A DNA stretch of 63,065 bases, filler included, from Octopus bimaculoides (GCF_001194135.2; 4 parts of 4 records of this genome joined end to end with filler, not necessarily neighbours in it); one strand, 5' to 3'; counted from the first letter of the whole stretch, positions 12,648 through 24,826 are shown. Numbers and translations: made by a program. The notes: generated by a model from the sequence alone, not told the origin.

Positions 12648-12860
12648 AGGCAGCGGCGAGCTGGCAGAAAGGTTAGCACGCCGGGCGAAATGCTTAGCAG
12701 TATTTCGTCTGCCGTTACGTTTAGAGTTCAAATTCCGCCGAGGTCGACTTTGCCTTTCATCCTTTCGGGGTCGATAAATTAAGTACCAGTTACGCACTGG
12801 GGTCATATGATCGACTTAATTCCTTTGTCTGTCCTTGTTTGTCCCCTCTATGTTTAGCCC
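12648..12860 (+). mobile_element. SINE family A (young copy)
   Basis: Near-consensus sequence with CpGs retained. Confidence 0.9.
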
Positions 12861-12939
12861 CTAGGTACCCTCTATGTTTAGCCCCTAGGTTCCCTCTATG
12901 TTTAGCCCCTAGGTGCCCTCTATGTTTAGCCCATAGGTG
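12844..12939 (+). repeat. 24-bp minisatellite x4 derived from the SINE tail
   Basis: Unit ccctctatgtttagcccctaggtN, starting at 12844, 12868, 12892 and 12916. Confidence 0.95.
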
Positions 12940-12972
12940 CTTACTTCCTTAGACTTCGCGTCACGTTCGTAG

Positions 12973-13025
12973 ATAAAAGATGGTGATTATTTGGCGATTA
13001 AATACAAACGCAGGAACAATTCCTT
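12973..13025 (+). CDS. Candidate exon (phase 0 to 2) IKDGDYLAIKYKRRNNS
   Basis: Donor GTGAGT, moderate acceptor; joins in phase with candidate micro-exon 12301-12327 (AYKETFILD, donor GTAAGA). Confidence 0.22.
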
Positions 13026-13632
13026 GTGAGTAATTTCTGTGGAATGTGCGATTTACATGAGTGGGTTGCTTGCAAAAGATCGACAATTCTACTCACGAAG
13101 GAAGAATCTTTCCTTTTTTCCCCCCCACGGGCAAATTTCGAAAGCAGCATTACGTGCTTAAAACATATATGTGGGTTTTACAGTTCCGTTGGTTATGTCT
13201 TACTACATCTTTGATTTCAGTTTGCATGTGGTGTGCTGCTAAAACAAAAGCAGCTACCAGTTGTATATTATCTTGGCGTTTCTACACATGTAACATTTAT
13301 TTTTTTTTTAAACTATTCGACTGTTGCCATGCTGGGGCAGTCTTCAAGAATGTTTTAGTCGATCATCTTCACTCTTAACACCTCATCTAGCACATAATGC
13401 TTTGTTCGATGTAAGATACGAAATATAAGTTCAACGGTGTAGTAATTGGAAACAACCGATGTAACATGCTTCAAGGTTGTGCTGCTCGAATGCACCAGTA
13501 TTGAACCCATGTCGATGTGTGTGTGTGTGTGTGTGTGTGTACAGAGGATGGTCTAAATTGGAATGTGAAACGAAAATAATGAATATCACTTTGAATATCA
13601 TTTGAATACCAAATGATATGGCTTCGTTTAAC

Positions 13633-13873
13633 AAATAATAATAATAATAATAATAATAATGATAATAATAATAATAATGATGATAATTGTAATAATAATA
13701 ATAGTAATAGTAATAATAATAATGATGATAATAATAATAATAATAATAATAGTAATAGTAATAATAAATAATAATGATGATAATAATAATAATAGTAATA
13801 ATAATAATATTGTTCCTACTACTACTACTACTACTACTAACAACAACAACAACAACAATGATAATGATAATGA
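13633..13873. repeat. Compound (AAT)n/(ACT)n/(AAC)n microsatellite
   Basis: Direct reading. Confidence 0.95.
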
Positions 13874-13879
13874 TTTCAA

Positions 13880-14000
13880 ATTTTGGCATGGGGCCAAAAG
13901 TTTTTGAGGGGAGGGATAAGTTGATTACATTAAACTCAGTGCTTGACTGGTACTTATTTTATCGACCCCGAGGGAATGAAAGGCAAAATTGACCTCTGCA
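13880..14000 (-). mobile_element. SINE family A 3' fragment
   Basis: ggtacttattttatcgaccccgagggaatgaaaggc. Confidence 0.8.
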
Positions 14001-14075
14001 AAATTGCTTTGAATTGCCTATGTTTGATTTTACTATTTAGTCCCAATATAATTCTTACCATTTTCTTCATTCCAG

Positions 14076-14189
14076 ATCACAATGAAATCAATTGAATCAA
14101 AACTTATTCAGGAAGACGACGGCAGTTTTATGTCCCCTGCAAACATGTCGAAAGTCAAAGAATGTTCAGAGTGGGCCGAAAAAAGACAG
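14076..14189 (+). CDS. Candidate exon (phase 0 to 0) ITMKSIESKLIQEDDGSFMSPANMSKVKECSEWAEKRQ
   Basis: Acceptor ccattttcttcattccag, donor CAG/GTAAAA, 38 open codons, other two frames closed, raised GC. Confidence 0.5.
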
Positions 14190-14367
14190 GTAAAATTAGT
14201 ATAAAATATGCCTCGAGATTGTGTGTCTGCGTGTGTAGTATATATGTGTTTGTGTGTTTGTTTGTTTGTGTGTGTAAGTGTGTGTGTGTCAGTGTGTGTG
14301 CATGTGCGCGCGCGCATGGGTGCGTGTGTATGTGTGTGATATGTATAAATGTACAGAAGTGTGTGCT

Positions 14368-14460
14368 GAGGGCGTATGGCCTAGTGGTTAGAGTGTTGGA
14401 TTCACGATTGCAAGTTAGTGGTTTCAACTTCTGGACCAGGTACTGCATTGTGTTTTTGTA
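14368..14460 (+). mobile_element. SINE family C head fragment
   Basis: ggcgtatggcctagtggttagagtgttggattcacgat. Confidence 0.7.
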
Positions 14461-15769
14461 AAAATCGACGCTGCTTAACAAAAACCATCGCAGCAAAATC
14501 ATATATATATATATTACTAATATACTTCGAAGACATGAAACAATGTTACTTCCTATTAGGTTCTTTTCTTTTCAAATGGGATCCACACCAAGCCAAAACA
14601 TATAAATGGCCATATCCCATTCAACTCTAATTTTGGACATGGCCCACCCAAGTCATGAACTTTTAGCGTCATAAAAGTTTAGTTTCCTTAAGCATGATTA
14701 ATTCCTGTATGCTGTACTGTAGCCGGACTAGTAAACTACAGTAAACTATAGTTTATAAACAACTTCCTTGAAAATATTCCCAGGATGTATTCAACTATAA
14801 AAAAAAACGATCAAAAATAACTATTGAAAGAGCAAAGGACTCCTTTGGCCAACTCATAACTTTCTTATTTTAACTCTTGCTACGTCCTTGTCAAAAGGAT
14901 CTTGCCTAACTGTTCTCAATTCTCCTTCTCGTCCACTCCACAATAGACAGGGCTCCGTAGTTAGTAAAATGATACAGAAATCCATTCACATTCGATCCTG
15001 TTCTTTTTACTTCAGCTCCATTCGACATAACACTATAAACCTTTCTGAAATTTTGTTTCTGTAGTTCACTCTTCCTAAACTTGTCTTTGCATAGACACTT
15101 TGTGTTACCACTTCATGGGTCTCCACAGAGTAAAGACCACGAACGGCTATTTAATCAATAGACACATGCTTCTTATAAGAATCGTCTTGTACGGCTGCTC
15201 GGCTGCAGAATACTGTTGTTACATGCATTAGATAATTTGATCAAAAGCCTGCTGCTTTTTTCCTTTCAATAATATAATGAGAATAAAAAGGACAAGTTCT
15301 GTTATTCTGCTTAAGTAATGAAATTGTTGCATGAGACATTCAATTTGAAAATCTGTATATCAGTGACTGTAGAAGAATAAAAAAAATAAAAAAAAGAAAA
15401 CATCATGTATTAGAGTAAGTATCCCAGAAGATAACAGTTTTAGGGAGTAAATACTGGACGAAGTTTTTTGTAAGGAGTCTGGAAGACAAGACACGGAGAG
15501 AAGTGAGTGAGTCAAGTGAGTCTTAGTGTTGAGAGGGTGTGGTGATACGAAGTTCAGATGCTTTTGAAGGTAGAAATGGAATAATCAGATCTCGGTCGGA
15601 ATTTCAGACCGTCAGTTTTCAATAACTCGATCAACAGAACTGCCTCCTCATTGAAAAAGCGTATAAGTGGTTGAATATTCCACAGACACGTATATCCATA
15701 TCATAATTCTATATATATTTCTATACTGTTCTCTCCTGAAGTGCTCTCGATTTGGAGACTGTTGTATAG

Positions 15770-16199
15770 TGGAGACATTATGTTGTTGTTGGCACTCCGT
15801 CGCTTACGACGTCGAGGGAGGGTTCCAGTTGATCCGATCAACAGAAGAGCCTGCTTGTGAAATTAACGTGCAAGTGGCTGAGCACTCCACAGACACGTGT
15901 AGCCTTAACGTAGTTCTCGGGGATATTCAGCGTGACACAGTGCGACAAGGCTGACCCTTTGAATTACAGGCACAACAGAAACAGGTAGAAAGAATGGGAG
16001 AAAGTTGTGGTGAAAGAGTACAGCAGGGTTCGCCACCATCCCCTGCCGGAGCCTCGTGAAGCTTTAGGTTCCATTGATATTGTTGGCCTTGCCTTGCGTC
16101 TAAATTGGTTTCAAATTTTATCACAAGGCCATTAATATTGCTGGGAGGAGTTAAGACGATTACAGCAACCCTGGTGCTCAACTGATACTTATTTTATCA
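15770..16199 (-). mobile_element. Cluster of SINE fragments (family C 3' part 15770-15975; family A tail 16093-16199)
   Basis: Reverse-complement matches to 8100-8282 and to family A tails. Confidence 0.75.
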
Positions 16200-17049
16200 N
16201 NNNNNNNNNNNNNNNNNNNNNNNNNNNNNNNNNNNNNNNNNNNNNNNNNNNNNNNNNNNNNNNNNNNNNNNNNNNNNNNNNNNNNNNNNNNNNNNNNNNN
16301 NNNNNNNNNNNNNNNNNNNNNNNNNNNNNNNNNNNNNNNNNNNNNNNNNNNNNNNNNNNNNNNNNNNNNNNNNNNNNNNNNNNNNNNNNNNNNNNNNNNN
16401 NNNNNNNNNNNNNNNNNNNNNNNNNNNNNNNNNNNNNNNNNNNNNNNNNNNNNNNNNNNNNNNNNNNNNNNNNNNNNNNNNNNNNNNNNNNNNNNNNNNN
16501 NNNNNNNNNNNNNNNNNNNNNNNNNNNNNNNNNNNNNNNNNNNNNNNNNNNNNNNNNNNNNNNNNNNNNNNNNNNNNNNNNNNNNNNNNNNNNNNNNNNN
16601 NNNNNNNNNNNNNNNNNNNNNNNNNNNNNNNNNNNNNNNNNNNNNNNNNNNNNNNNNNNNNNNNNNNNNNNNNNNNNNNNNNNNNNNNNNNNNNNNNNNN
16701 NNNNNNNNNNNNNNNNNNNNNNNNNNNNNNNNNNNNNNNNNNNNNNNNNNNNNNNNNNNNNNNNNNNNNNNNNNNNNNNNNNNNNNNNNNNNNNNNNNNN
16801 NNNNNNNNNNNNNNNNNNNNNNNNNNNNNNNNNNNNNNNNNNNNNNNNNNNNNNNNNNNNNNNNNNNNNNNNNNNNNNNNNNNNNNNNNNNNNNNNNNNN
16901 NNNNNNNNNNNNNNNNNNNNNNNNNNNNNNNNNNNNNNNNNNNNNNNNNNNNNNNNNNNNNNNNNNNNNNNNNNNNNNNNNNNNNNNNNNNNNNNNNNNN
17001 NNNNNNNNNNNNNNNNNNNNNNNNNNNNNNNATATATATATATATATAC

Positions 17050-17835
17050 ATGACGGGCTTTTCCGTATTCTAAATTCACTCACAAGGCATCGATCGGTCC
17101 GGAGCTATAGCTGAAGGCGCATGCCTAAGGTGCCACGCAGTTAGATTGAACCCAAAACAACGTGGTTGCAAAACGAACTTCTTAACCGCATAGACGTTCT
17201 TGCGCGTGTAACACTTATAGGTGTCTTAAGCATTCAGTTTTATCTTCATCATTTTATCTGAATTAAACCTTGTTTTCATTGATCGGGGAGTTATTAAAAC
17301 GGCTTGCAATAAAATAACAGAGATAGATTCAATCGACACTACACTTCCCATTCTATAAATGTTGTGCCTAACTAATAAATCACTAATTAGTTACCTAACA
17401 TTAAATAAAAGAGCCAAGTTTTTATTGCCCCGAACACAATAGATCGCAGTGATACCGCACGGTAACACTATTTTCATTCACTATTTTTATATTGTTGTGT
17501 TCAATATTGTCCTCATTAATAAAACATTAACAAAGTCACATTCAACCAGATGCATTTACTTGAAAATAGAAATAAAAATTACATTCGGGACGTTACAGAA
17601 GATGGAGAATTAAAACCTGCAAATTTTTGATTCATTAATTGTTTTTTACTTGTCCCATTCACTGGACTGCGGCCATGCTGAAGCACTGCCTTGAAGGGTT
17701 TAGTCGAAAAAATCGAGCCTATTATTTGATTAATTTTTATAAATGACTGGTACTTATTCTATCGGTTGTTTTGCCGAAGTGCTAAGTTACGTGACGTAAA
17801 CAAGCCATCATCGGCCAACAGTGGTGGAGGGATGA
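17050..17835 (-). mobile_element. SINE family B halves (5' half 17050-17205; 3' half 17640-17835)
   Basis: Matches the full copies at 35500-35905 and 40055-40460. Confidence 0.75.
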
Positions 17836-17930
17836 GTAGAAACACAATGACGTTCACTCATATATATATATATATATATATATATANNNNNNNNNNNNNN
17901 NNNNNNNNNNNNNNNNNNNNNNNNNNNNNN

Positions 17931-17942
17931 TTAATTAATTAA
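17931..17942. other. Artificial scaffolding linker TTAATTAATTAA
   Basis: Six-frame stop 12-mer embedded in Ns; identical at 33311-33322 and 38284-38295. Confidence 0.9.
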
Positions 17943-17986
17943 NNNNNNNNNNNNNNNNNNNNNNNNNNNNNNNNNNNNNNNNNNNN

Positions 17987-18053
<67 letters not shown>

Positions 18054-18100
18054 GACACCATATAAACCGAGAAGGAATCTGATCTCAAAACCAAATCGTC

Positions 18101-18253
18101 ACCATGGAGGTGAGGGCCAGGAGCTTTTTCGACAAATCTGTCTATGACCTCATGAAACTGCTCTCAATTTCTGCGAAGATGACCAGAACGCTAAACTTAA
18201 TGTCAGAAGCGGCTTAAAAGAGCTTCAAGTGAATCTGGCCAAAGAGGAATGAA
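18101..18253 (+). mobile_element. Decayed HERO-like (RLE non-LTR) ORF C-terminus, fragment 1
   Basis: TMEVRARSFFDKSVYDLMKLLSIS...MSEAA*KSFK*IWPKR resembles the recalled HERO PxEVGCRGF...AAExASxWxWxKR terminus. Confidence 0.65.
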
Positions 18254-18399
18254 ATGAACTTCAGAAGGCATAATTCTCCCTGCTTAAAACTGTCTAGTAG
18301 CGAAGTGATTTTTAACATCCATCACAAATACGATGTAACTCTCGCAAGCGTTTCTTACTATGGACGCATACCTAAAGCACTTGCTTTTGGGAATAATCC

Positions 18400-18625
18400 A
18401 CATGATATCTAGAAAAGCCCGGATGACATTGGGAAAAACTAGATGAACAAGCTTTGTGAGTTGGCTTCCGAACTTTCATTTCCTCAACTTCGAACTATCC
18501 CCATAGATGAAAGATGCTCCCAGGATTCACCGAAAGGGAAAGGGAATGATGAATCTATCGTCCTCAATCGAATTACAACTGAAATTGCCTACCGGTATTT
18601 ATGGATTTTCCGTCTATTTATATAA
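18400..18625 (+). mobile_element. Decayed HERO-like ORF C-terminus, fragment 2
   Basis: ORF 18443..18625: KLCELASEL...TIPIDERC...ITTEIAYRYLWIFR, same motif order. Confidence 0.45.
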
Positions 18626-18949
18626 TGAAACTCTCTAGTGATCGTAGAATGAAGATCACAGGATGTAAAAATGGTTGTATGAAGATTTTGATGGATAAGC
18701 AACATTGCACTGCGCTAGCAGTGAAGGCGACGGAAAACCAAAACCTGTTATAAATGACAGTGCTCAGATCATCTATTTTGTAAATTCAGATTGAAATTTA
18801 TTTCTGGCTCTTAACGCCAAACGTCCGAAAGTCGGAACGCAAGCGAAAAGTGGAAGAGATGAGATGAAATAGTTTACAAACTGGACGAACTGATGGAAAG
18901 TGCATCCTACAATAGAAACTTGCCTCATTTAGAGATATTTTGTATATAT

Positions 18950-20400
18950 CTCTTTATATACTTGTATATAAATCTGCTAAAAGTGAAAACAGCCGGAGGA
19001 AAGTTAATCTTAAGGTTCAGAGAAGCTCTAGAAAGGCTTGAAAGTAAATCAAAGTGCCTTCAGAATATTCAGCAAGGAGGACAGGAAGCAAGAGGTTCCT
19101 TTCAGTTTGTCAGGAAACTATTTGAGCAGCCACGATCTAGGACATTCACAGTGAACAAAGAATCTCTGGAACAGCATCTTAGAAAAACATATTCCAGCTT
19201 TCATACTGAGACACCACTTAAAATCCAGGGGCTTTGTGGTCGGCAATGCCAGAGAAAATGTTCAACAAGCCACCAATACTTGATAAAGTCATGAAAGATC
19301 TTCACAAAAGTCAATGTCAGTGCATTATTTGGGCTAATCAATGTATGCTAGCGGTGTGTATAAAAAACAGAAGTCATATAACGTCAATGTATTCAGACTA
19401 GTAAGCCATTGAGTTATTGAAAGGAAAAACCTCTGTTGTAACAAAGCTAAGTAAATACCTTACGGGTAATAAGTACCTGGACGAGTTAGTTCAGGAAAGA
19501 GGTATCCCAGGAGTGTCTAGATGCACACTGCATGTCTCAATAATCTGGACACACACCTGAGAGATAGAGGCAGAGAAAATGGACCTCGATGTCGTGGGGC
19601 TCAAACTTGCGAATACCTACTGATCAGTATCAACTAGGTGATTCAACAGGCTCTTGATATGAATCCTATCCTAAAGAACACCTGAGAAATATTGAAAAAG
19701 GTCTACCGTGGTTTCACCATACGATTCTCCACAAAGGAATTTACGACACACTGGCTAAATCTGTAAGTTAGCACAGCAGTGGGCTGTGCAATTTCTTCAG
19801 TATTATTCATGCGAGCAACAGAGGTGATCTTGAAGGTAGCAATGAGTGGTGCTGGTCTGTCAGATCTCGGAAATTGATACGAAACGCCATATCTAAGAGT
19901 TTTTTTACGATATCAACACTAGCACAAGAGAATTAAGAGAGATGAAAATTAGCAAATATTCAAGGAATGGTTTGGTGTCGTACTTAAACTGATTGATGAA
20001 TGATGCCAAATAAAACTGAAGTTACCTCTAAAGTCAATTTTTTGAGGAATACAACATTGAAATAGCAAGTATAATTGATGTCCCAGGAGACAAAATTGTA
20101 AGGAGATCGTGTTGAAAAGTAAGACAAAATGGAAAGTTCTCGAGTAACGGATATAGAAAGGAGAGCTTCGAGGTTTTCAAACGACGCAGAATCTCCAAGT
20201 GTTGTCTAAGTTTCTGTCACCCAAGGGCGCTATCTTGACTGCGCTATTTTGACTGCGTCCATTCCAATGCTTACAAAGACACATCCTCTCCTTCATATTT
20301 GCTCTTCTATCTAAAAACAATCTACATAAGCCGTGTCCAACTTCCTTCTCAGTCAACAAACAACATTTAAATCAAATCCACATGGTTGCTTCCACCTTGA
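18950..20400 (+). mobile_element. Decayed HERO-like LINE, pre-RT and RT region
   Basis: FQFVRKLFEQPRSRTFTVNKESLEQHLRKTYS; GIPGVSRCTLH; DLDVVGLKLANTY; VGCAISSVLF; many stops and frameshifts. Confidence 0.8.
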
Positions 20401-20612
20401 TCCCAATGTTTAATTGTTTTCTTCCTTTCTTATTTTTACCTTTTCCATTTCTACTGAGCGAAGAAGGATTTTGTCCGAAACGTTAAAAAAATTCTTCTCC
20501 GAGGGCGAAGCAGATATTATGGATTGTGGATTTCCCCTGTCCTTTTTGTTTTCTCTTCTCTTCTTTGTTATATATATATGTATGTATGTATGTATATATG
20601 TATGTATGTATG

Positions 20613-20650
<38 letters not shown>

Positions 20651-22392
20651 CACACACACACAAATATATATATATATACGTATATAATACAGATATATAT
20701 ACATATATATATTATATGTATACATGTATAGAATACATATGAGAAAAAAACAAACATGTGTGCTTGTGCGTGTACATATATGCAATATGTTGTCTCTCTC
20801 TCCCTCTCTCCCTCTCCCCCCCTCTCTCTCTCTCTCACTCTTACATAAGCTCCCCTCCTCCCCTTCTCTGTATTTTTCATTTTCTCCGCTTGGTCTCCTA
20901 CTTATGTTTTCGGAATATCTATTAATCTTTAACGACAGATTATATACATGGAGATCAATACTATTATAGAGAAACATAAAATTTATGTATATGGAGCAGT
21001 CTCTTCTCACTCTTTTTCTTTTTTGTTTCCTATTCCTTTTCTCTCTTGTGGTTTGTCTTATTCATCATGCCCTTGCCCAAATCCCCGCATGCTGCTTGCC
21101 ATCCACTCTAATTATCAGATCAATACAAAGGATTATCACACGATAAAATTAAAGAACAACAAATACGTAGAAATATCGATTGAAATCTATCTTTTTTGTA
21201 TGAAGTAAAACAGAATATTTCAATGGTGTGAGTGCAAATGAACCTTTCCTTTCTATTTCATGTCAGGTTTATGTCAGCTTTATGAGTGCAAGCAAACCTT
21301 TGCTTTTATTTTATATCGAGTTTGAGATATAGTAGCCGTTGGTGAGAAATTAATTACCCACAAAATTCGAAAACGAAAAGACAGAAAACAATAATCTCAT
21401 ACGAATAACATATGAATGTGGTTTTTGATTTTTAAAAAAATCTATATTTCAAATAATGTTAGATAAAATAAAACCAGTTATTATGACCGAACGTGAGTTA
21501 AAATTTATAATAAATATATTTGATGTTTTATTTATTTTAAATTTAGTAAAGAGTTGTAGAAATAAGAATGTGGTGAGGAAAACGCTCTAATATTGATGAA
21601 TATCGTTTTAGTTATTTCGGCAAGTACATGAGACAACTTCAGCAATGTCTTTTCGCCTTATCAGTAAAGCATAGCCTTCAGCTCATTTCCAGATTAGGAA
21701 TGGGGAAATCATAAGGTAAATGTTCAAGATTGATCACTGGTTGACGTAGAAAATAAGAATTGTTTAGATAATAAATAATTCAGAAACGCCATTTACACAT
21801 AAAACAAAAGTTAAGATTTAACTTCTTTCTACTTATATCTGTAAGCAGTCACATTTCGGGCCATTAATTACATGCATAAATTAGCTCAAACAATATGGAG
21901 TAAATATTGACTATAATTTACAACAAATTTGGTTCATTACACACCTTTTATTACTCCATCCACTTATACATAATTATAGATGTATTCAGAGAGATTTTGT
22001 CATTGTTTATTTATAGAGATACTTTTTGCAAATAAACCAGAATAACGCTACATTTCTTTCATGTAGGTTTAAGTGTGATTTTTCGCGTGTTTTCTTTTTG
22101 TTCTATCTTTTGTTTGTTATCGCTTTGCTTTTTGTTTGTTTGAGTTTTTGTTTTTTGCTTTTTCCATGAATAATATTGTAAGAAAGTAGGAAGCCCTATT
22201 TATTCGCACGATCTACTGGAAATAGCAACCAAATTGCCTTTATTTTCAACCCACCGCTATAAAATAAAAGGTAGGTGCGTTGATGCATTTGTTCGTAGAT
22301 ATACAAAAAGTTAAAATGATCATGGCTGATCTGCTCAAACATTGTTTATAAATAATCATTTATATTTCAGTCACATTATCTGAGATTTGGGG

Positions 22393-22990
22393 TAAGTACT
22401 TATTTTATCGACCCCGAAAGGATGAAAAGCGTAGTCGACCTCGGCCGAATTTGAATTCTAAATGTAAACAGCTGGAGGAAATGGCGCTCGGCATTTTGTC
22501 CAGCGCGGTAACGATTCGACCAGCTCGCATATCAATAATGTCACTTTATTTGTTTGATAGATACTCAAATATCACCTCTATGTATGCTGCGTGCTGCATA
22601 CATAGTATAAAATGGTTAATCTCCATTTTTATTCCCATGTGTATGTAGGTATATGTATCTATCTATTTATCTAGCTAGTTAATTATCTGTCTATCGATTT
22701 ATTTATCTATATGGGTGAGTGTGTGTTGGTCTGGGTTTGTGTGTGTGTGATGGGGGTGTTAGAAATAAACAAGTCACCCATTATATATATATCACATTAA
22801 TATTGGTTTTAAATTTTGGCACAAGGCCAGCAATTTCGAGCCCAGTGTTCAAATTGTACTTATTTTATCGATCGAAAGAATGAAAGGCAAAATCGATTCC
22901 CACAGTATTTGAACTCAGAACGTTAAAGACGGGCAAAATACCGCCAAACATTTTGCCCGGCATGTTAACGATTTTGCCTGCTCGCCGCCT
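22393..22990 (-). mobile_element. Two SINE family A copies (22393-22528; 22800-22990)
   Basis: Reverse-complement matches to family A. Confidence 0.8.
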
Positions 22991-23019
22991 TATCTCATCA
23001 CGTGATCACATGACCGCCC

Positions 23020-23267
23020 AGGCTATCAGATGTTGTTACACATCGCTATCCCAATGCGTTTTTGTATTGTTTTGCCTTCAAATGACGCCACCTCGCAGGC
23101 CAGGAGAGCAGGCCAATATTCCCCCCACCCTGATCATAAGGGGGACTGGAGCAACGTAAAATGAAGCATTTTACTGAAGAGCACAACGCGGCGTCCAGTC
23201 AGGGAATCGAACCTACGATGTAGCGATCGTAGGTACAACAGCCGACCCACTAGGCTACGCCGCCTTA
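23020..23267 (-). mobile_element. tRNA-derived SINE with C-like head
   Basis: Reverse complement reads ggcggcgtagcctagtgg...gtaggttcgattccc (A and B boxes). Confidence 0.7.
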
Positions 23268-23297
23268 TATATCATATTAATATTTTATTAGAGTATA

Positions 23298-23722
23298 TGG
23301 TAGCGAGCTGGCAGAATCGTTACCAGGAAGGGCGGAATGCTTAGCTGCGTTTCGTCCGTCTTCACGTTCTGAGTTCAAATTCCTCCGAGAATGAATTTGC
23401 CTTTCATCCTTTCTGGGTCGAGAATGTAAGTACCACTTAAGTACTGAGGTCGATGCAATCGACTTGACCCCTCCCCCGAAAATGCTGACCTTGTGCCAAA
23501 CATTGAAATCAATAAATTATGAATATGTAATGTGGCGAGCTAGTAGAATAGTTAGCACTCCAGGCAAAATATTTGGCGGCATTTCATCCGTCTTTACGTC
23601 CAGAGTTCAAATACCACCGAGGTTGATTTGGCCTTTCATTTCATCCTTTCGGGGTCTATAAAATAAGTACCGGTTAAAATCCTCCTACAAACTTGCTGGC
23701 TTTGTGCCAAAATTTGAAACCA
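23298..23722 (+). mobile_element. Two tandem SINE family A copies (23298-23515; 23533-23722)
   Basis: Repeated head-body-tail units. Confidence 0.85.
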
Positions 23723-24154
23723 ATATTTTATGAGAATGTATTTATTAACCATCGTCTATTTACAATTAAATTATTTACATATAGCCTAATGTCTCACATA
23801 ATTCGCATATAATAATGAGCTTCGTAATTTTAGGTTATTTCCCACTGCACGGTCCCACTGCACGGTCCCACTGCACGGCATCTTGGGCAAGTGTATTCTT
23901 TATTCCTAAATTAAGCAATGCCTTCTTGTGTGAAAGTTTGTTATGAGTGTATGTGTGCGTGCGTGTGTCTTTGTCTTTCTCCCCTTCCATACCATTTGTC
24001 AACCGCTTTTGGTTTCTTCGCATCCCCGTAACTCAGGAGTTCGGCAAAAGAGAATGATAGAATAAGTTCCAGACTTAAAAGATAATTACTGAGATCGATT
24101 TACAGTTCTATATTTAAGAGATAAGGAATTGTATACATTATTTACATTATTTAC

Positions 24155-24595
24155 ATTCGACGGATATTTGTCCTCATCAGGACACTATTCAAGAGTAATA
24201 CAACACTTCGCAAATATCTCCTTCGTGTAAAACCACCAATAGAAGAGAATATGACCAGAGACTGTGTGTACTCCATCCCATGCAGCTGTGGTAGGTTATA
24301 CAAAGGCGAAACATGTCGCCCCCTCAAAATAAGGGTAGAGGAACATCGCAAAGCTGTGACATGAGGAGATATTGATAAATCGGGTATAGCTGATCATGTA
24401 TGGAAAAATGGAGTCCACCTCCCCCTGTGGGATGAAGTTCAAATAATAGACAGAGAACACCACTGGAAAATACGAAAACTAAAAGAAGCAGCACATATGC
24501 TAGGACACAACAACCTCCTAAGCAGACTGAGTGCAGATATGAACGGCATATGGGAACCGGTATTAAGGAAGGATAGAAAAATATTAGATTTATAA
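24155..24595 (+). pseudogene. PLE GIY-YIG endonuclease domain with one in-frame stop
   Basis: IRTLFKSNTTLRKYL...CVYSIPCSCGRLYKGETCRPLKIRVEEHRKAVT*GDIDKSGIADHVW...RKLKEAAH; TGA at 24362-24364, TAA at 24593-24595. Confidence 0.92.
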
Positions 24596-24625
24596 GCCCT
24601 GAAATTCACTCCACAATTGTCTATA

Positions 24626-24692
24626 TGGCGTAGTGGTTAAGAGCGCGGGTTACTAACCCCAAGATTCCGAGTTCGATTCCAAGCAGTGACCT
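24626..24692 (+). promoter_or_regulatory. tRNA-like segment with Pol III A and B boxes inside the PLE 3' region
   Basis: A box TGGCGTAGTGG 24626-24636; B box AGTTCGATTCC 24670-24680; second copy inverted at about 45481-45550. Confidence 0.75.
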
Positions 24693-24780
24693 AAGCAACA
24701 ACAACAATAATAATAATAGTAATAATAATAACATCGAAAAATCCCTTAGGAATGAGAACCCAGGTTTGAAATTTCCCCAA

Positions 24781-24826
24781 GACACCTGATAAAGGCTGGA
24801 GAGTATATCAGCCGAAACGTTGTGTT
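24781..24826 (+). ncRNA. Minimal type I hammerhead motif, core mutated (CUGAUAA)
   Basis: GACAC-CTGATAA-A-GGCTG-loop-CAGCC-GAAAC-GTT-GTGTT; the G8A change is expected to inactivate it. Confidence 0.7.

Noticed and set aside
12844-12939. Regular 24-bp repeats as a possible CRISPR array
   Set aside because: No unique spacers, eukaryotic context, and the unit is SINE tail sequence.
12954-13025. Strong acceptor cttacttccttag paired with donor GTGAGT
   Set aside because: All three frames are closed from this acceptor; only the weaker downstream acceptor gives an open exon.
14850-15660. Possible decayed LINE RT fragments on the minus strand
   Set aside because: Only vague resemblance (e.g. VMSNGAE); no diagnostic motif could be read.
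15927-16181. ORF with WNLKLHEAPAGDGGEPC, superficially like a Cu-SOD-type domain exon
   Set aside because: The DNA is made of antisense SINE A tail and adjacent repeat sequence, so the peptide is incidental.
24626-24692. Possible functional tRNA gene
   Set aside because: A and B boxes are present but I cannot fold an acceptor stem, and it is embedded in a multi-copy retroelement.
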